DNA of 20,000 bases. Origin: an uncultured virus (IMG/VR IMGVR_UViG_3300002220_000047) (taxonomy: Duplodnaviria; Heunggongvirae; Uroviricota; Caudoviricetes). The stretch lies in IMG/VR virus record IMGVR_UViG_3300002220_000047. One strand, 5' to 3'. The position numbers were made by a program, and so were the translations under genes. Shown piece by piece: positions 9,120 through 17,349 of the stretch; the first letter of the stretch is position 1, and the number at the start of each line of letters is the position of its first letter. The notes beneath the pieces are model-generated. The model made no database searches. It saw only the letters and a program-made list of their open reading frames with translations, and was not told the origin of the DNA.

Positions 9120-10130
9120 ATGAAATCATTCGAAGAAAAGATTGTTGAGTTAATGAACCTTTCTGATGATATAAAAGATTACATCATAAATCAGAAATTC
9201 GTAGATGGAGAAACTCCAGTAGATGCATTAACAGAAACTTCTATTCTAAATAAGTGTTATGAAATATTGATGGATAGTTTAAATGAACAAGGCATTATCT
9301 TTCATGTAGATAAAGAAAGTATTCTGGAAGATGGGCATAATACCAGAACTTTAATTACATTGTTTAATGTATGTACATTCGCTGGTCTTTATAATCAGCT
9401 CGTTGTAAATAAAGATTTGATTTCGGATATATCGAGTATATATGAGAATTTCTCTAATAACGAATATATCACTGAAGTTATGAGATTGTTGAAAGATAAT
9501 ACTGACAATCAAGATTATACCGATATGTACGTTTTCCTATTTGATAAGATTTCATCTGATGATAATTATAGTTTAATATTAGAGTCTTTGTTAGATACAT
9601 TTAAAGATAAAGAAAATCGTATTGATTCTATCGATGGTGAAGATATTGGTGGATATCTATCAGTCCTAAAAGAAGAGAGATTGAATTTAGATAGAAAGAT
9701 CTCAGATCTTTTACATTCCACTATGTTCAGCATTCCTGTTCTTGATGATGTAGTAAAAAGAAAAGATAAACTTTTAACTGAATTATTATTTCCTTGTTAT
9801 TATGCTTCATTTATTGCCAAGCATCTTCTAGCGATAGGTAATAATGAATCTATCCATAATGAAGAAATTGATAATGAATTCAAAACTAGTTTAGATGCTG
9901 TAAGTAAACAAAGTAAACGATATATTAAATATTTTACTATAAGAGAAAGTACTGGAAGTAATTATGAAATACCAACTACAGCTGACTATATATTAATGAT
10001 TCTTACCGCTATTGGGGTGAATAATATATTTGGTGGTATGATCGTTAATGTTGAAAATATCTTGGATTCTATCCACGATGAGAAAGAAAAAGAAATCATC
10101 AGCAATGTTTATCAGACAATAAAAGACTGA
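9120..10130 (+). CDS. Hypothetical acidic helical protein co-transcribed with the virion RNAP subunit
   Basis: 336-aa ORF, GGAG SD, 12 nt upstream of the beta' middle gene; no recognisable motif. Confidence 0.6.
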   Translation: MKSFEEKIVELMNLSDDIKDYIINQKFVDGETPVDALTETSILNKCYEILMDSLNEQGIIFHVDKESILEDGHNTRTLITLFNVCTFAGLYNQLVVNKDLISDISSIYENFSNNEYITEVMRLLKDNTDNQDYTDMYVFLFDKISSDDNYSLILESLLDTFKDKENRIDSIDGEDIGGYLSVLKEERLNLDRKISDLLHSTMFSIPVLDDVVKRKDKLLTELLFPCYYASFIAKHLLAIGNNESIHNEEIDNEFKTSLDAVSKQSKRYIKYFTIRESTGSNYEIPTTADYILMILTAIGVNNIFGGMIVNVENILDSIHDEKEKEIISNVYQTIKD

Positions 10131-10142
10131 GGTAATATATAA

Positions 10143-11477
10143 ATGAACAAAACAATTCTTAATCTTTTATTATCTTATCCAGATAACCTATTAAATAAAG
10201 ATTGTATTATTGACTATTTTACAAAATGTAAACTAAATACTAAAGACGAATTACAGGCTGAAGATAATAGACTGAATACTAATGTTTATGTAGGAAAGAT
10301 TTTTAAACTAGATGAAGATATCTGTACAATAACCACAATGACTTCTAATTCTCTATTCGAATTCGCTAAGATATCAGGCGTCTCTGAAGAAGAAATGCCT
10401 TTCTTGGATTTTCATGAAGATGTTTCTATCGATAGTAAATTTATTAAGAATCTAAAAGATGAAGAAAAGATAACTACGACTCTCGGTAGATTTTTATTAA
10501 ATCATACATTATTAGTAATGACTGTTGGTGATAAAATACCATATATAAATGATAATTGGGATATTAATTCTGTCGGTAAAAAGCTTATTCAATTAGTTAT
10601 GGATAAAGAGATAGGTATTGAACCTGCTAAACTATTTATCAATACTGTTTATTTTCTTAGTAGCTATAGTGAATTCGTAGCTCCTTCTTTAAGCGAAGCT
10701 GCAATTACAGTCGATCCTAGAGTAATAGAACTCAGAAATAAATTATTTGAACAGTATAAAGATCAACTTAATGATCCTGAAATAATGATCAAAATTGAGA
10801 AAGAAGTAATTGCTCTAGATAAAGAAATATTAAGTCATGATCCTGAAGCTGGATTCTTATCATCGGCTAAGAATTTTAATGTTCATCGTAAACGTATGTT
10901 CCTTATGATGGGATTGTTATCAGCATTTGGTGATGAACATAAGCAATTTAATTTCAGTACTACTAATTTAGACGATGGTTGGAAAATAGAAGATCTAGAT
11001 ACCCTCTTCAATGAAGTAAGAAGTGGCTCTTATGGTCGAGCAAAAGAAACAGCCAAGGGTGGAGCTGAATCTAAATATCTCGGTAGAACATTCCAGGAAG
11101 CCAAAATAGTTGAAGATGATTGTGGTACTAAGAAAGGAATTCACGTAAGTCTAAATAATAATAATATCGAAAACTTCTTATATAGAACTTTGATTACCGG
11201 AAGTAAAAATCCAGTTGTTATTACTAAAGCTAATAATTCTCAGTTCATTGGAAAAGATGTTATTGTTAGAAGCCCAATGTTCTGTATTGCTAAAAATGGT
11301 TATTGTTATTCTTGTATGGATGAAAGACATAAAACATTAGGTACTAGAAGATTAAATATTCAACCTCTATCTATTGGAAGTACTTTCCTTACTAATAGTA
11401 TGAAGAAGATGCATGGATCCGCTGTAGACACGTTTGAGATTACTGCTGATGTTTTAGCTCAAGCGTCAGTTGATTAA
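10143..11477 (+). CDS. Virion RNA polymerase beta' middle subunit (phiKZ gp80-like)
   Basis: Bridge helix GSYGRAKETAKGG, Zn site DDCGT...RSPMFC...CYSC, trigger loop SMKKMHG; 444 aa ending shortly after the trigger loop. Confidence 0.9.
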   Translation: MNKTILNLLLSYPDNLLNKDCIIDYFTKCKLNTKDELQAEDNRLNTNVYVGKIFKLDEDICTITTMTSNSLFEFAKISGVSEEEMPFLDFHEDVSIDSKFIKNLKDEEKITTTLGRFLLNHTLLVMTVGDKIPYINDNWDINSVGKKLIQLVMDKEIGIEPAKLFINTVYFLSSYSEFVAPSLSEAAITVDPRVIELRNKLFEQYKDQLNDPEIMIKIEKEVIALDKEILSHDPEAGFLSSAKNFNVHRKRMFLMMGLLSAFGDEHKQFNFSTTNLDDGWKIEDLDTLFNEVRSGSYGRAKETAKGGAESKYLGRTFQEAKIVEDDCGTKKGIHVSLNNNNIENFLYRTLITGSKNPVVITKANNSQFIGKDVIVRSPMFCIAKNGYCYSCMDERHKTLGTRRLNIQPLSIGSTFLTNSMKKMHGSAVDTFEITADVLAQASVD

Positions 11478-11499
11478 AACAAACTTTTGAGGAAAGAAT

Positions 11500-12272
11500 A
11501 TGGCTACCAAAAACAAAAAGAAAAATGTTGTAGAAGCTGATAAGGCTGTTTCGGTATCTCCTGGTGATCAGGCTGCCGCTGCCGCAGTAGCTTCAACTGA
11601 TAACACCACTGTTGGTGATGGTGTAGATACGACCATTACTGATGGTACTCCAGGTGATGTTACTACAATCGTCGATGGTGATACTCTCGACACTACCACC
11701 ACAACTCTGGTCGATGGTGATACATCCGATCTTACGACTGGAGAATCTACTGATGAGGGTGAAACTGAACTAGTAACTGACGATACTTCTTCCAAAGAAA
11801 AATCAGAGAAAGAAGAAATCGATACTAAAAAAGATAAGACTGAACTGAAGGAAGAGAAAGAAGAAACGAAAAAGAAAGAAGNNAAGAGAAACCTCAGAAG
11901 GTCAAACATCTTTCTGTTCAGTTCATGGATCAGTTCATTGACAACATGAAAAGTGGTCGTCGTTCAACCGCCATCCTTTCGATTAATAATATGTGCAAGC
12001 ATATCATTAAGGATGCTGATGATGATTCGATGAATGAGATCGTTAGTAGGTTCAAGGAAGATCCGACTTGCGGCCCGAGATTCATTATGCAGAATATCGC
12101 TACTCTTCAGGTTCGTGATCGTCAGAAGGTGGAAATAATTACTACAGCTATCGCCATCGTTGCAGCTGGTGGTAATATGAAAAATCTTAACATCGATAAG
12201 GTTTCTCAGATGACCGGAAGTAAGCATTTTGTATCTTGGCTTGCTAAGAAGGCTGCAATGGTAAAGAAGTAG
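11500..12272 (+). CDS. Hypothetical protein with disordered acidic/Thr-rich N-terminus and helical C-terminal domain (single gene interrupted by an NN gap)
   Basis: ORFs 11500..11949 and 11925..12272 join across NN at 11882-11883; the downstream frame reads EKPQKVKHLSVQFMDQF without a stop back to the gap. Confidence 0.7.
11605..11735 (+). repeat. Imperfect coding tandem repeats (TT.vDGd)
   Basis: TTVGDGVD / TTITDGTP / TTIVDGDT / TTLVDGDT; the DNA string GTCGATGGTGATAC occurs twice. Confidence 0.7.
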
Positions 12273-12305
12273 TGCGCGCTGCCTCCCCAGTCATGTCGCA
12301 CATCC

Positions 12306-12339
12306 GAGAGACCGCGTCCTCCACGGGGCGCGGTCTCTC
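12306..12339 (+). terminator. Intrinsic terminator
   Basis: GAGAGACCGCG/CGCGGTCTCTC 11-bp stem extended by 4 bp (two G-U), followed by a T-rich tract. Confidence 0.85.
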
Positions 12340-12379
12340 ACTTTATTACTTATTTTTTTATTTCGAAGTATTACTATAT

Positions 12380-12517
12380 GAGTCGAATCAAGAATTATGT
12401 ATTGTAAAATTTATCGTTTAATTCCGACAGGTAAATAACTTGTCTGAAATGCAGAATGCTTCCGCGCTAGGCATAACTCGATGAACAGAATCAATACATT
12501 CTTCAATGATTTAATTC
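12380..12517 (+). ncRNA. Candidate structured non-coding RNA of unknown family
   Basis: 5' GAGTCGAATCA-AGAAT-GTATTG pairs with 3' CAATACATTCT...TGATTTAATTC. Inner helix TTTATCG/CGATGAA encloses hairpins GACAGGT-aaata-ACTTGTC and ATGCTT/AGGCAT. No long ORF; starts at the G of TATG. Confidence 0.55.
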
Positions 12518-12530
12518 AAACAAAAAAAAA

Positions 12531-12597
12531 TCAAATACTCAACTCGGGCAACTGAGTTGAGTATCTCCCGGATCGAAAGATCTGGGAATAGATTTGA
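12531..12597 (+). other. Tandem GNRA-tetraloop hairpins
   Basis: 13-bp stem with GCAA loop (12535-12564) and 9-bp stem with GAAA loop (12566-12587), possibly closed by TCAA/TTGA. Confidence 0.75.
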
Positions 12598-12609
12598 GAT
12601 ATATATTAT
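12593..12609 (+). promoter_or_regulatory. Putative early (virion RNAP) promoter
   Basis: TTTGAGATATATATTAT, identical at 19297 and near-identical at 15873; resembles the phiKZ early TATATTAC core. Confidence 0.75.
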
Positions 12610-12733
12610 TAGATTAACATGGAATATAGTTTAGATAATAAATAAAAAAATGGAGGTTTCTTATGAAGTAATTTATGATTATTAAATCTATTAATAGATC
12701 TATTTATTCAAATTTAATTTTTCAAGGATCAGA

Positions 12734-13195
12734 ATGGCTGCTGAAAAGAGTAACAACTTTGGTTTAGAGTTGTCAGAGATTATCAAACATAGTGAAGATG
12801 TTCCTATCGATGCGCTTAAAGATATTTTTAATTTCACAATAAAAGAGGAGATTGAAAGAAGAAAGAAATTAATGAAATTTGTTAATCTTACTAAACATCC
12901 AGTCAATCTAAACAATGGTAGAATGTTTATACCATCTGGTATTATCTGTAGAACCGTTAATGAATTTTCAGAGATTGATGAATCTGGAATCTGTAGGATT
13001 GTAAATAAGAAAATAACTGGACTTCCTCCAAAAGAGAAAAACACAATATATATTGTTTCTAGTATTGTTCTATCTACTGCGATGGATTTATTTAAAGATA
13101 GAAATGATGTTGTAGCTCCAATGACTACTCATCAGAATGTTAAACGTAATAATAACGGAGATATTATTTCTGTTCCTGGATTCTATAGATCATAA
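12734..13195 (+). CDS. Hypothetical phage protein (NLTxH...PSG...GLP...YIVS...RxDxxxP family)
   Basis: Recognisable small phage domain from Met at 12872; the 46-aa N-terminal extension may or may not be translated. Confidence 0.65.
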   Translation: MAAEKSNNFGLELSEIIKHSEDVPIDALKDIFNFTIKEEIERRKKLMKFVNLTKHPVNLNNGRMFIPSGIICRTVNEFSEIDESGICRIVNKKITGLPPKEKNTIYIVSSIVLSTAMDLFKDRNDVVAPMTTHQNVKRNNNGDIISVPGFYRS

Positions 13196-13210
13196 TCGGA
13201 GAATATTCAT

Positions 13211-13978
13211 ATGTCTGAAGATTTGATAATGCGTGCTTATGATTACGATAATCAAGATGTAACTGATTGGTGGCTTAGTGAAAAGTTTGATGGAGTCATG
13301 GCGATTTGGGATGGTAATCATCTTATTAGTCGATGTGGTAATAAGTTCTTTGCACCGGACTGGTTTACCGAGAAATTTCCAAAGGATTTTCCTTTAAATG
13401 GAGAACTCTGGATAGGTCGTGGACAGTTCCAAAAAGTAGTTTCTGTAGTGAAAAAGAAGTTTCCTATTGATTCAGAATGGGAACAAGTTAAATTTATTAT
13501 TTTCGATACACCGGATGTAATTTCCCCTTTTGAACATCGATTACTATTATGCGGTTCTGTTTCTAAGCAATCTAAATATTTAGGATTCGCAAGACAAATT
13601 CAATGTTCCGATATCTGTCTATTTGAACATGAATATCAATCCATACTAGCTAAAGGTGGAGAAGGAGTAATGCTTCATAGACCTGGTTCTTTATATACAT
13701 ATGGAAAATCAAAAGATGTTATTAAAAGAAAACCTAAAGCTTATGATGAAGCTGATGTTATTGGTTATATTCCAGGTAAAGGTAAAAATACAGGAAAAAC
13801 TGGAGCTCTTATCTGTACTTGGAATAATAAAACTTTTAGATTAGGTTCTGGTCTTACTGACGAACAAAGAAATAATCCGCCAGCTATAGGAGCCAAAGTA
13901 ACCTTCAAACGAAATGGGTTAACCGCCGGCGGGTTCCCTAGACATCCAGTATTTATTGAGGTAAGAGATTATGAGTAA
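13211..13978 (+). CDS. lig: Minimal ATP-dependent DNA ligase (adenylation plus OB domains)
   Basis: Motif I SEKFDG, III LNGELW, IIIa FIIFD, IV EGVML, V IKRKP, OB-domain GSGLTDEQR and motif VI PRHPVF..VRD. Confidence 0.95.
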   Translation: MSEDLIMRAYDYDNQDVTDWWLSEKFDGVMAIWDGNHLISRCGNKFFAPDWFTEKFPKDFPLNGELWIGRGQFQKVVSVVKKKFPIDSEWEQVKFIIFDTPDVISPFEHRLLLCGSVSKQSKYLGFARQIQCSDICLFEHEYQSILAKGGEGVMLHRPGSLYTYGKSKDVIKRKPKAYDEADVIGYIPGKGKNTGKTGALICTWNNKTFRLGSGLTDEQRNNPPAIGAKVTFKRNGLTAGGFPRHPVFIEVRDYE

Positions 13979-14249
13979 ACAAGAACTTAATTTAGAAGAA
14001 GATTTTTCTTCAATTCGTATAGAATCTTCTATTTTAGCTAATATGATAATGGAACTTACATACTGTAATGTCTTTACACCTAGACATGTAAATAGAATAA
14101 ATGTTGTTTTACATAATAGGATTATGGATGCTAAAGAAAATAAAGATGTTCTTATCATCGTTCAAAAACTAATAAAAGCATTAACTAATTTCTCTAAACG
14201 CAATTCAACAGATAGAATTATAATTGATTTAGATAACTGTAAAAACTAG
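13971..14249 (+). CDS. Hypothetical protein
   Basis: 92 aa; GAGG SD; 8-nt overlap with the ligase stop. Confidence 0.6.
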   Translation: MSKQELNLEEDFSSIRIESSILANMIMELTYCNVFTPRHVNRINVVLHNRIMDAKENKDVLIIVQKLIKALTNFSKRNSTDRIIIDLDNCKN

Positions 14250-14346
14250 ACAAAATCGTTCAGAGTAGTACCAAAAATTCTTAAATGTAACGAGTCATTA
14301 AATTAAGATCTTAATAATTTCAATTCAAAACAGAAAGGAGAAAGTC

Positions 14347-15237
14347 ATGCCTAAAGAAAAAACCACCAAAAGCAAGCCCAAGGAAACTGCGGATGATTCA
14401 GTCGAAATGAAAGCTATGTCGGATCGTATGACTAAACTAGAAGAAAAACTAGATCAGTGTGTTACTGCTCTCAATGAGACACTAGCTAGAAATTTATATA
14501 ATGAGATGAATAGCGCTCCTCGCTCTATGTCGTTTGATGAACTGTTTCGTAATTATAACAAACCAGGTCAACCACTTCCATTCGGTATTCCTACATTTAC
14601 TAATCTGATGAAAAATACTAAACAATTTGATAACTCATCATACGAGTTGAAAAGCCATCATCCAATTCATATGCGATATGCGCCAGAAATGATATTGAAG
14701 ACTGGAGCTGAATTAGAAGCATATATCGAAAAGCTAAGAAGAGATATGTATAATGCTAAAGAAAATGAGAATAATAATACGGTATTTAATGGCTTAACGC
14801 TAGAACAATGGATTTCATTAACCACAGATTTATCTGAAGAAAATAATATCTATCAATTCGAATTTTCTAATCGTAATGATTTTGCTGACTTCGAGCCGAA
14901 ACGAACTGGAAGACTTAAAACTGTATTGATTGGTATAACTGAAGTTCTTTTCGTTGATGAAAATGGAAAATCTTGGAATCACTGCAGGCTTGTTAGAGAG
15001 CCAATGATGTGGCAACCATGGTTTCCTGAAACAAATTCTCCAATGCCAGTACCTGGAGATGAACTTTTGTTAGTTAAAACATGCAAAGGATTATTTCAGA
15101 AATCTGTCGCGCTTGATTTCATTTGGGGTTGTTCGACATGTAGAAACCACAAAAGAACTATCTATGAAATGTTTCCGGTTTCGACCGCTAAATCCGTTAG
15201 AAGTTTTATGATCTTGAAATCTAATATCATACGATAA
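14347..15237 (+). CDS. Hypothetical protein with N-terminal coiled coil
   Basis: Strong SD AAAGGAG; 296 aa; followed by a terminator. Confidence 0.7.
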   Translation: MPKEKTTKSKPKETADDSVEMKAMSDRMTKLEEKLDQCVTALNETLARNLYNEMNSAPRSMSFDELFRNYNKPGQPLPFGIPTFTNLMKNTKQFDNSSYELKSHHPIHMRYAPEMILKTGAELEAYIEKLRRDMYNAKENENNNTVFNGLTLEQWISLTTDLSEENNIYQFEFSNRNDFADFEPKRTGRLKTVLIGITEVLFVDENGKSWNHCRLVREPMMWQPWFPETNSPMPVPGDELLLVKTCKGLFQKSVALDFIWGCSTCRNHKRTIYEMFPVSTAKSVRSFMILKSNIIR

Positions 15238-15256
15238 CTTTATTGAGAAATGTTGA

Positions 15257-15291
15257 TGGATGGAGATGGGCATTACGCCCATCTCCATCCA
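15257..15291. terminator. Bidirectional intrinsic terminator
   Basis: Perfect 15-bp stem TGGATGGAGATGGGC-attac-GCCCATCTCCATCCA between convergent genes, T tract on +. Confidence 0.85.
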
Positions 15292-15302
15292 GATTTCTTT
15301 TT

Positions 15303-15818
15303 TTACTTTTCAGAATTTCCAGCAGAAATATCTACTGCAGGAGCTCCTATTTCTAGTTCTCCATCAGTAGCAACAATATTTCTTTTTCCAACTTCGGCAT
15401 CGAGTACTTCGTCTATAGATGCACAGAGTTTAGATCCATCATCTAAAGTTCTACAAGTAGTATTCTTTATAGAAGAAAGAAGTGCAGTTACAGTCTTATT
15501 CACAATAGCCTCAGTATTCGCATCATCTTCCTTAGACTTCATTTTCTGTTTTAGTTTAATTATTTCTCGTTGAGAAGATTCGATAGTATCAAGAGACTTC
15601 GTAAGAGAATCTATTAACATAGCTTTAGCAGCTAATACTTTAGCATTATCATTCTCACCTATTGTAATTCCCATTACTATTTTTTCTAACTTATCAGATA
15701 GATCTACTCGTATTTTTTCTGATTTTCTAGATCTATCTTGTAGTCTTTGAATATCTTTAGATATCTGAATATCGATATCTGCCGTATTTTCGTAATCATA
15801 TTCTTCATTCGGTTCCAT
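15303..15818 (-). CDS. Hypothetical helical/coiled-coil protein
   Basis: Likely start MEPNEE at 15818 (AGGTG SD); lone minus-strand gene within the early region. Confidence 0.65.
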   Translation of the reverse strand: MEPNEEYDYENTADIDIQISKDIQRLQDRSRKSEKIRVDLSDKLEKIVMGITIGENDNAKVLAAKAMLIDSLTKSLDTIESSQREIIKLKQKMKSKEDDANTEAIVNKTVTALLSSIKNTTCRTLDDGSKLCASIDEVLDAEVGKRNIVATDGELEIGAPAVDISAGNSEK

Positions 15819-15872
15819 TGATATCACCTATGGAAAATGGTTGATTAATAGGTATTCATAGAATATACATAA

Positions 15873-15889
15873 TTTTAAATATATATTAT
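15873..15889 (+). promoter_or_regulatory. Putative early promoter
   Basis: TTTTAAATATATATTAT, 15/17 match to the other two copies, at the head of an operon. Confidence 0.7.
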
Positions 15890-15953
15890 TAGAATAGTAA
15901 GAGAAAAAGTTCGATTTATCGAGTAATAAAATAATTCAAAAAGGAGAAAAATT

Positions 15954-16316
15954 ATGAAAGATTCTTATTGGTGTGTAATTATGGTAATAGTATTTGTAAT
16001 GGCTGTGGGACTTTCGGCTATTAATAACCATAGATATAAAATAAATGTTATTGTAAATAATAACACTCAATGGGTTGCTGAAAAACATCCTGAAACAAAA
16101 GAAGAAATGTCTGCAGTAATTAAACAGACAAACGATTTTGTTTCTAAATTAATTAATAAAAATAATGACGAAATTGAACTAATCGATATCATTAGAAGTA
16201 GCTACGATATCTCAGTAGATCTTCATTGTAAAAGAAGACTATATGAAGAACAGAGAAATGCTTCTGGTGTCTTTATTCGTACTGGAAAATGGAAAGAAAT
16301 CGAAGAGGAGAAATAA
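15954..16316 (+). CDS. Hypothetical protein with N-terminal TM/signal segment
   Basis: AAGGAG SD; hydrophobic residues ~5-23. Confidence 0.7.
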   Translation: MKDSYWCVIMVIVFVMAVGLSAINNHRYKINVIVNNNTQWVAEKHPETKEEMSAVIKQTNDFVSKLINKNNDEIELIDIIRSSYDISVDLHCKRRLYEEQRNASGVFIRTGKWKEIEEEK

Positions 16317-16317
16317 C

Positions 16318-16833
16318 ATGAGTATTCCAACGAGAGAAGAATTAACTCCAGAACAAGCAATGCTTTGGAGCCTCCGGATTTATTCACACCGTATTCGTGC
16401 TAGAAAAAGAGAAGTTTCTAACATCGCACTGGATTTTGCTAAAAATATTGAGCAAGGTACTTGCATTACTCAAAACACTACTCCACCTAATCACCCTAGC
16501 TACTATCGGCTTGAAGGACCTGAAGCGGATGCTTTAAAGGATTCGGCATATTGTCCTCTCTGTTATTATAGCAGACCTACTGAACGTGATGTTAAAGATA
16601 TACACCCCGCACTGATGGAAATGATAAACACATGCCCAGTATGGGAGAATTGTACTCTCGAAAATCATGCTTGTGTAGAATTCTTTCATTATAAAAATTT
16701 ATTAGATCTTTATAAAACCGGACAAGTAGAGGATTACTTAATAATTAACGCGATGTGGGCTATCTTCGATCGGATTCTTTTCGCATTAGAGAAGCATTGG
16801 GATGATATTACACCAAAAGAAGGAGAAGAATAG
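16318..16833 (+). CDS. Hypothetical Cys-rich, possibly metal-binding protein
   Basis: Start corrected to MSIPT (GAGGAG SD); CPLC...CP...C...C pattern. Confidence 0.65.
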   Translation: MSIPTREELTPEQAMLWSLRIYSHRIRARKREVSNIALDFAKNIEQGTCITQNTTPPNHPSYYRLEGPEADALKDSAYCPLCYYSRPTERDVKDIHPALMEMINTCPVWENCTLENHACVEFFHYKNLLDLYKTGQVEDYLIINAMWAIFDRILFALEKHWDDITPKEGEE

Positions 16834-17349
16834 ATGTCAGCTGAAAAAGTAGAGAAACCAAGAGGTATTTATCAGCATTCTAAAACTGGTAGATTATACA
16901 CCTATCTAAATTTATGTGAAAATAGAACAAATGATGTTTGTGAAGATAAACCAAATAGTCGAATGGTTTGTTATTTAGATAGGGATCAATCATGGTTTGT
17001 TCGTGATTCTAAAGAATTCCACGGATATGTAGATCTAGATAACGTTAGAGATATTTTTGGCGTTAATAAAAATGGAACATTTAAAAGATTCCGTGAAGTT
17101 ATATTTAGAGAGATTGGTTGTTTTTGTAAAGAAATACAAAATAACGAAATGGCTATAATTCCTATTGATATTTTTCAGAGAATGTTAAAAGTTTTTGATG
17201 TTATTAATCATGAAAAAGCATATTACTATCTAGCTAATGAAAGATATGTTTCTGATGTACGAGTTTTCGATTTCGGACTCTTACATGTTTTGAGAAACAC
17301 ATGGGCCACGCATATCGTGGTCTGCACTAAACCGGGGATTCATCCGTGA
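16834..17349 (+). CDS. DUF1653-like domain protein
   Basis: GIYQHSKTGRLY...MVCY...WFVR..EF matches the G.YRHYKG..Y...VVY...WVRP..F pattern; extra C-terminal region. Confidence 0.7.
   Translation: MSAEKVEKPRGIYQHSKTGRLYTYLNLCENRTNDVCEDKPNSRMVCYLDRDQSWFVRDSKEFHGYVDLDNVRDIFGVNKNGTFKRFREVIFREIGCFCKEIQNNEMAIIPIDIFQRMLKVFDVINHEKAYYYLANERYVSDVRVFDFGLLHVLRNTWATHIVVCTKPGIHP

Noticed and set aside
3..11477. Introns or inteins in the RNAP genes
   Set aside because: Both visible frames are continuous and of expected size, with no intein or homing-endonuclease motifs.
11882..11883. Programmed frameshift or pseudogene
   Set aside because: The frame change coincides with ambiguous NN bases, so an assembly artefact is more parsimonious.
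12272..12600. tRNA, tmRNA, hammerhead/twister ribozyme or CRISPR array
   Set aside because: No TTCRA T-loop cloverleaf with CCA, no CTGANGA core, and no repeat-spacer periodicity seen.
14302..14315. Palindrome ATTAAGATCTTAAT upstream of 14347
   Set aside because: Very AT-rich and single-copy; plausible by chance in this genome.
11568..15573. ORFs 11568..11909, 11964..12227, 12700..13044, 13919..14158, 14830..15015, 15091..15288 and 15250..15573
   Set aside because: Opposite-strand shadows of better-supported genes.
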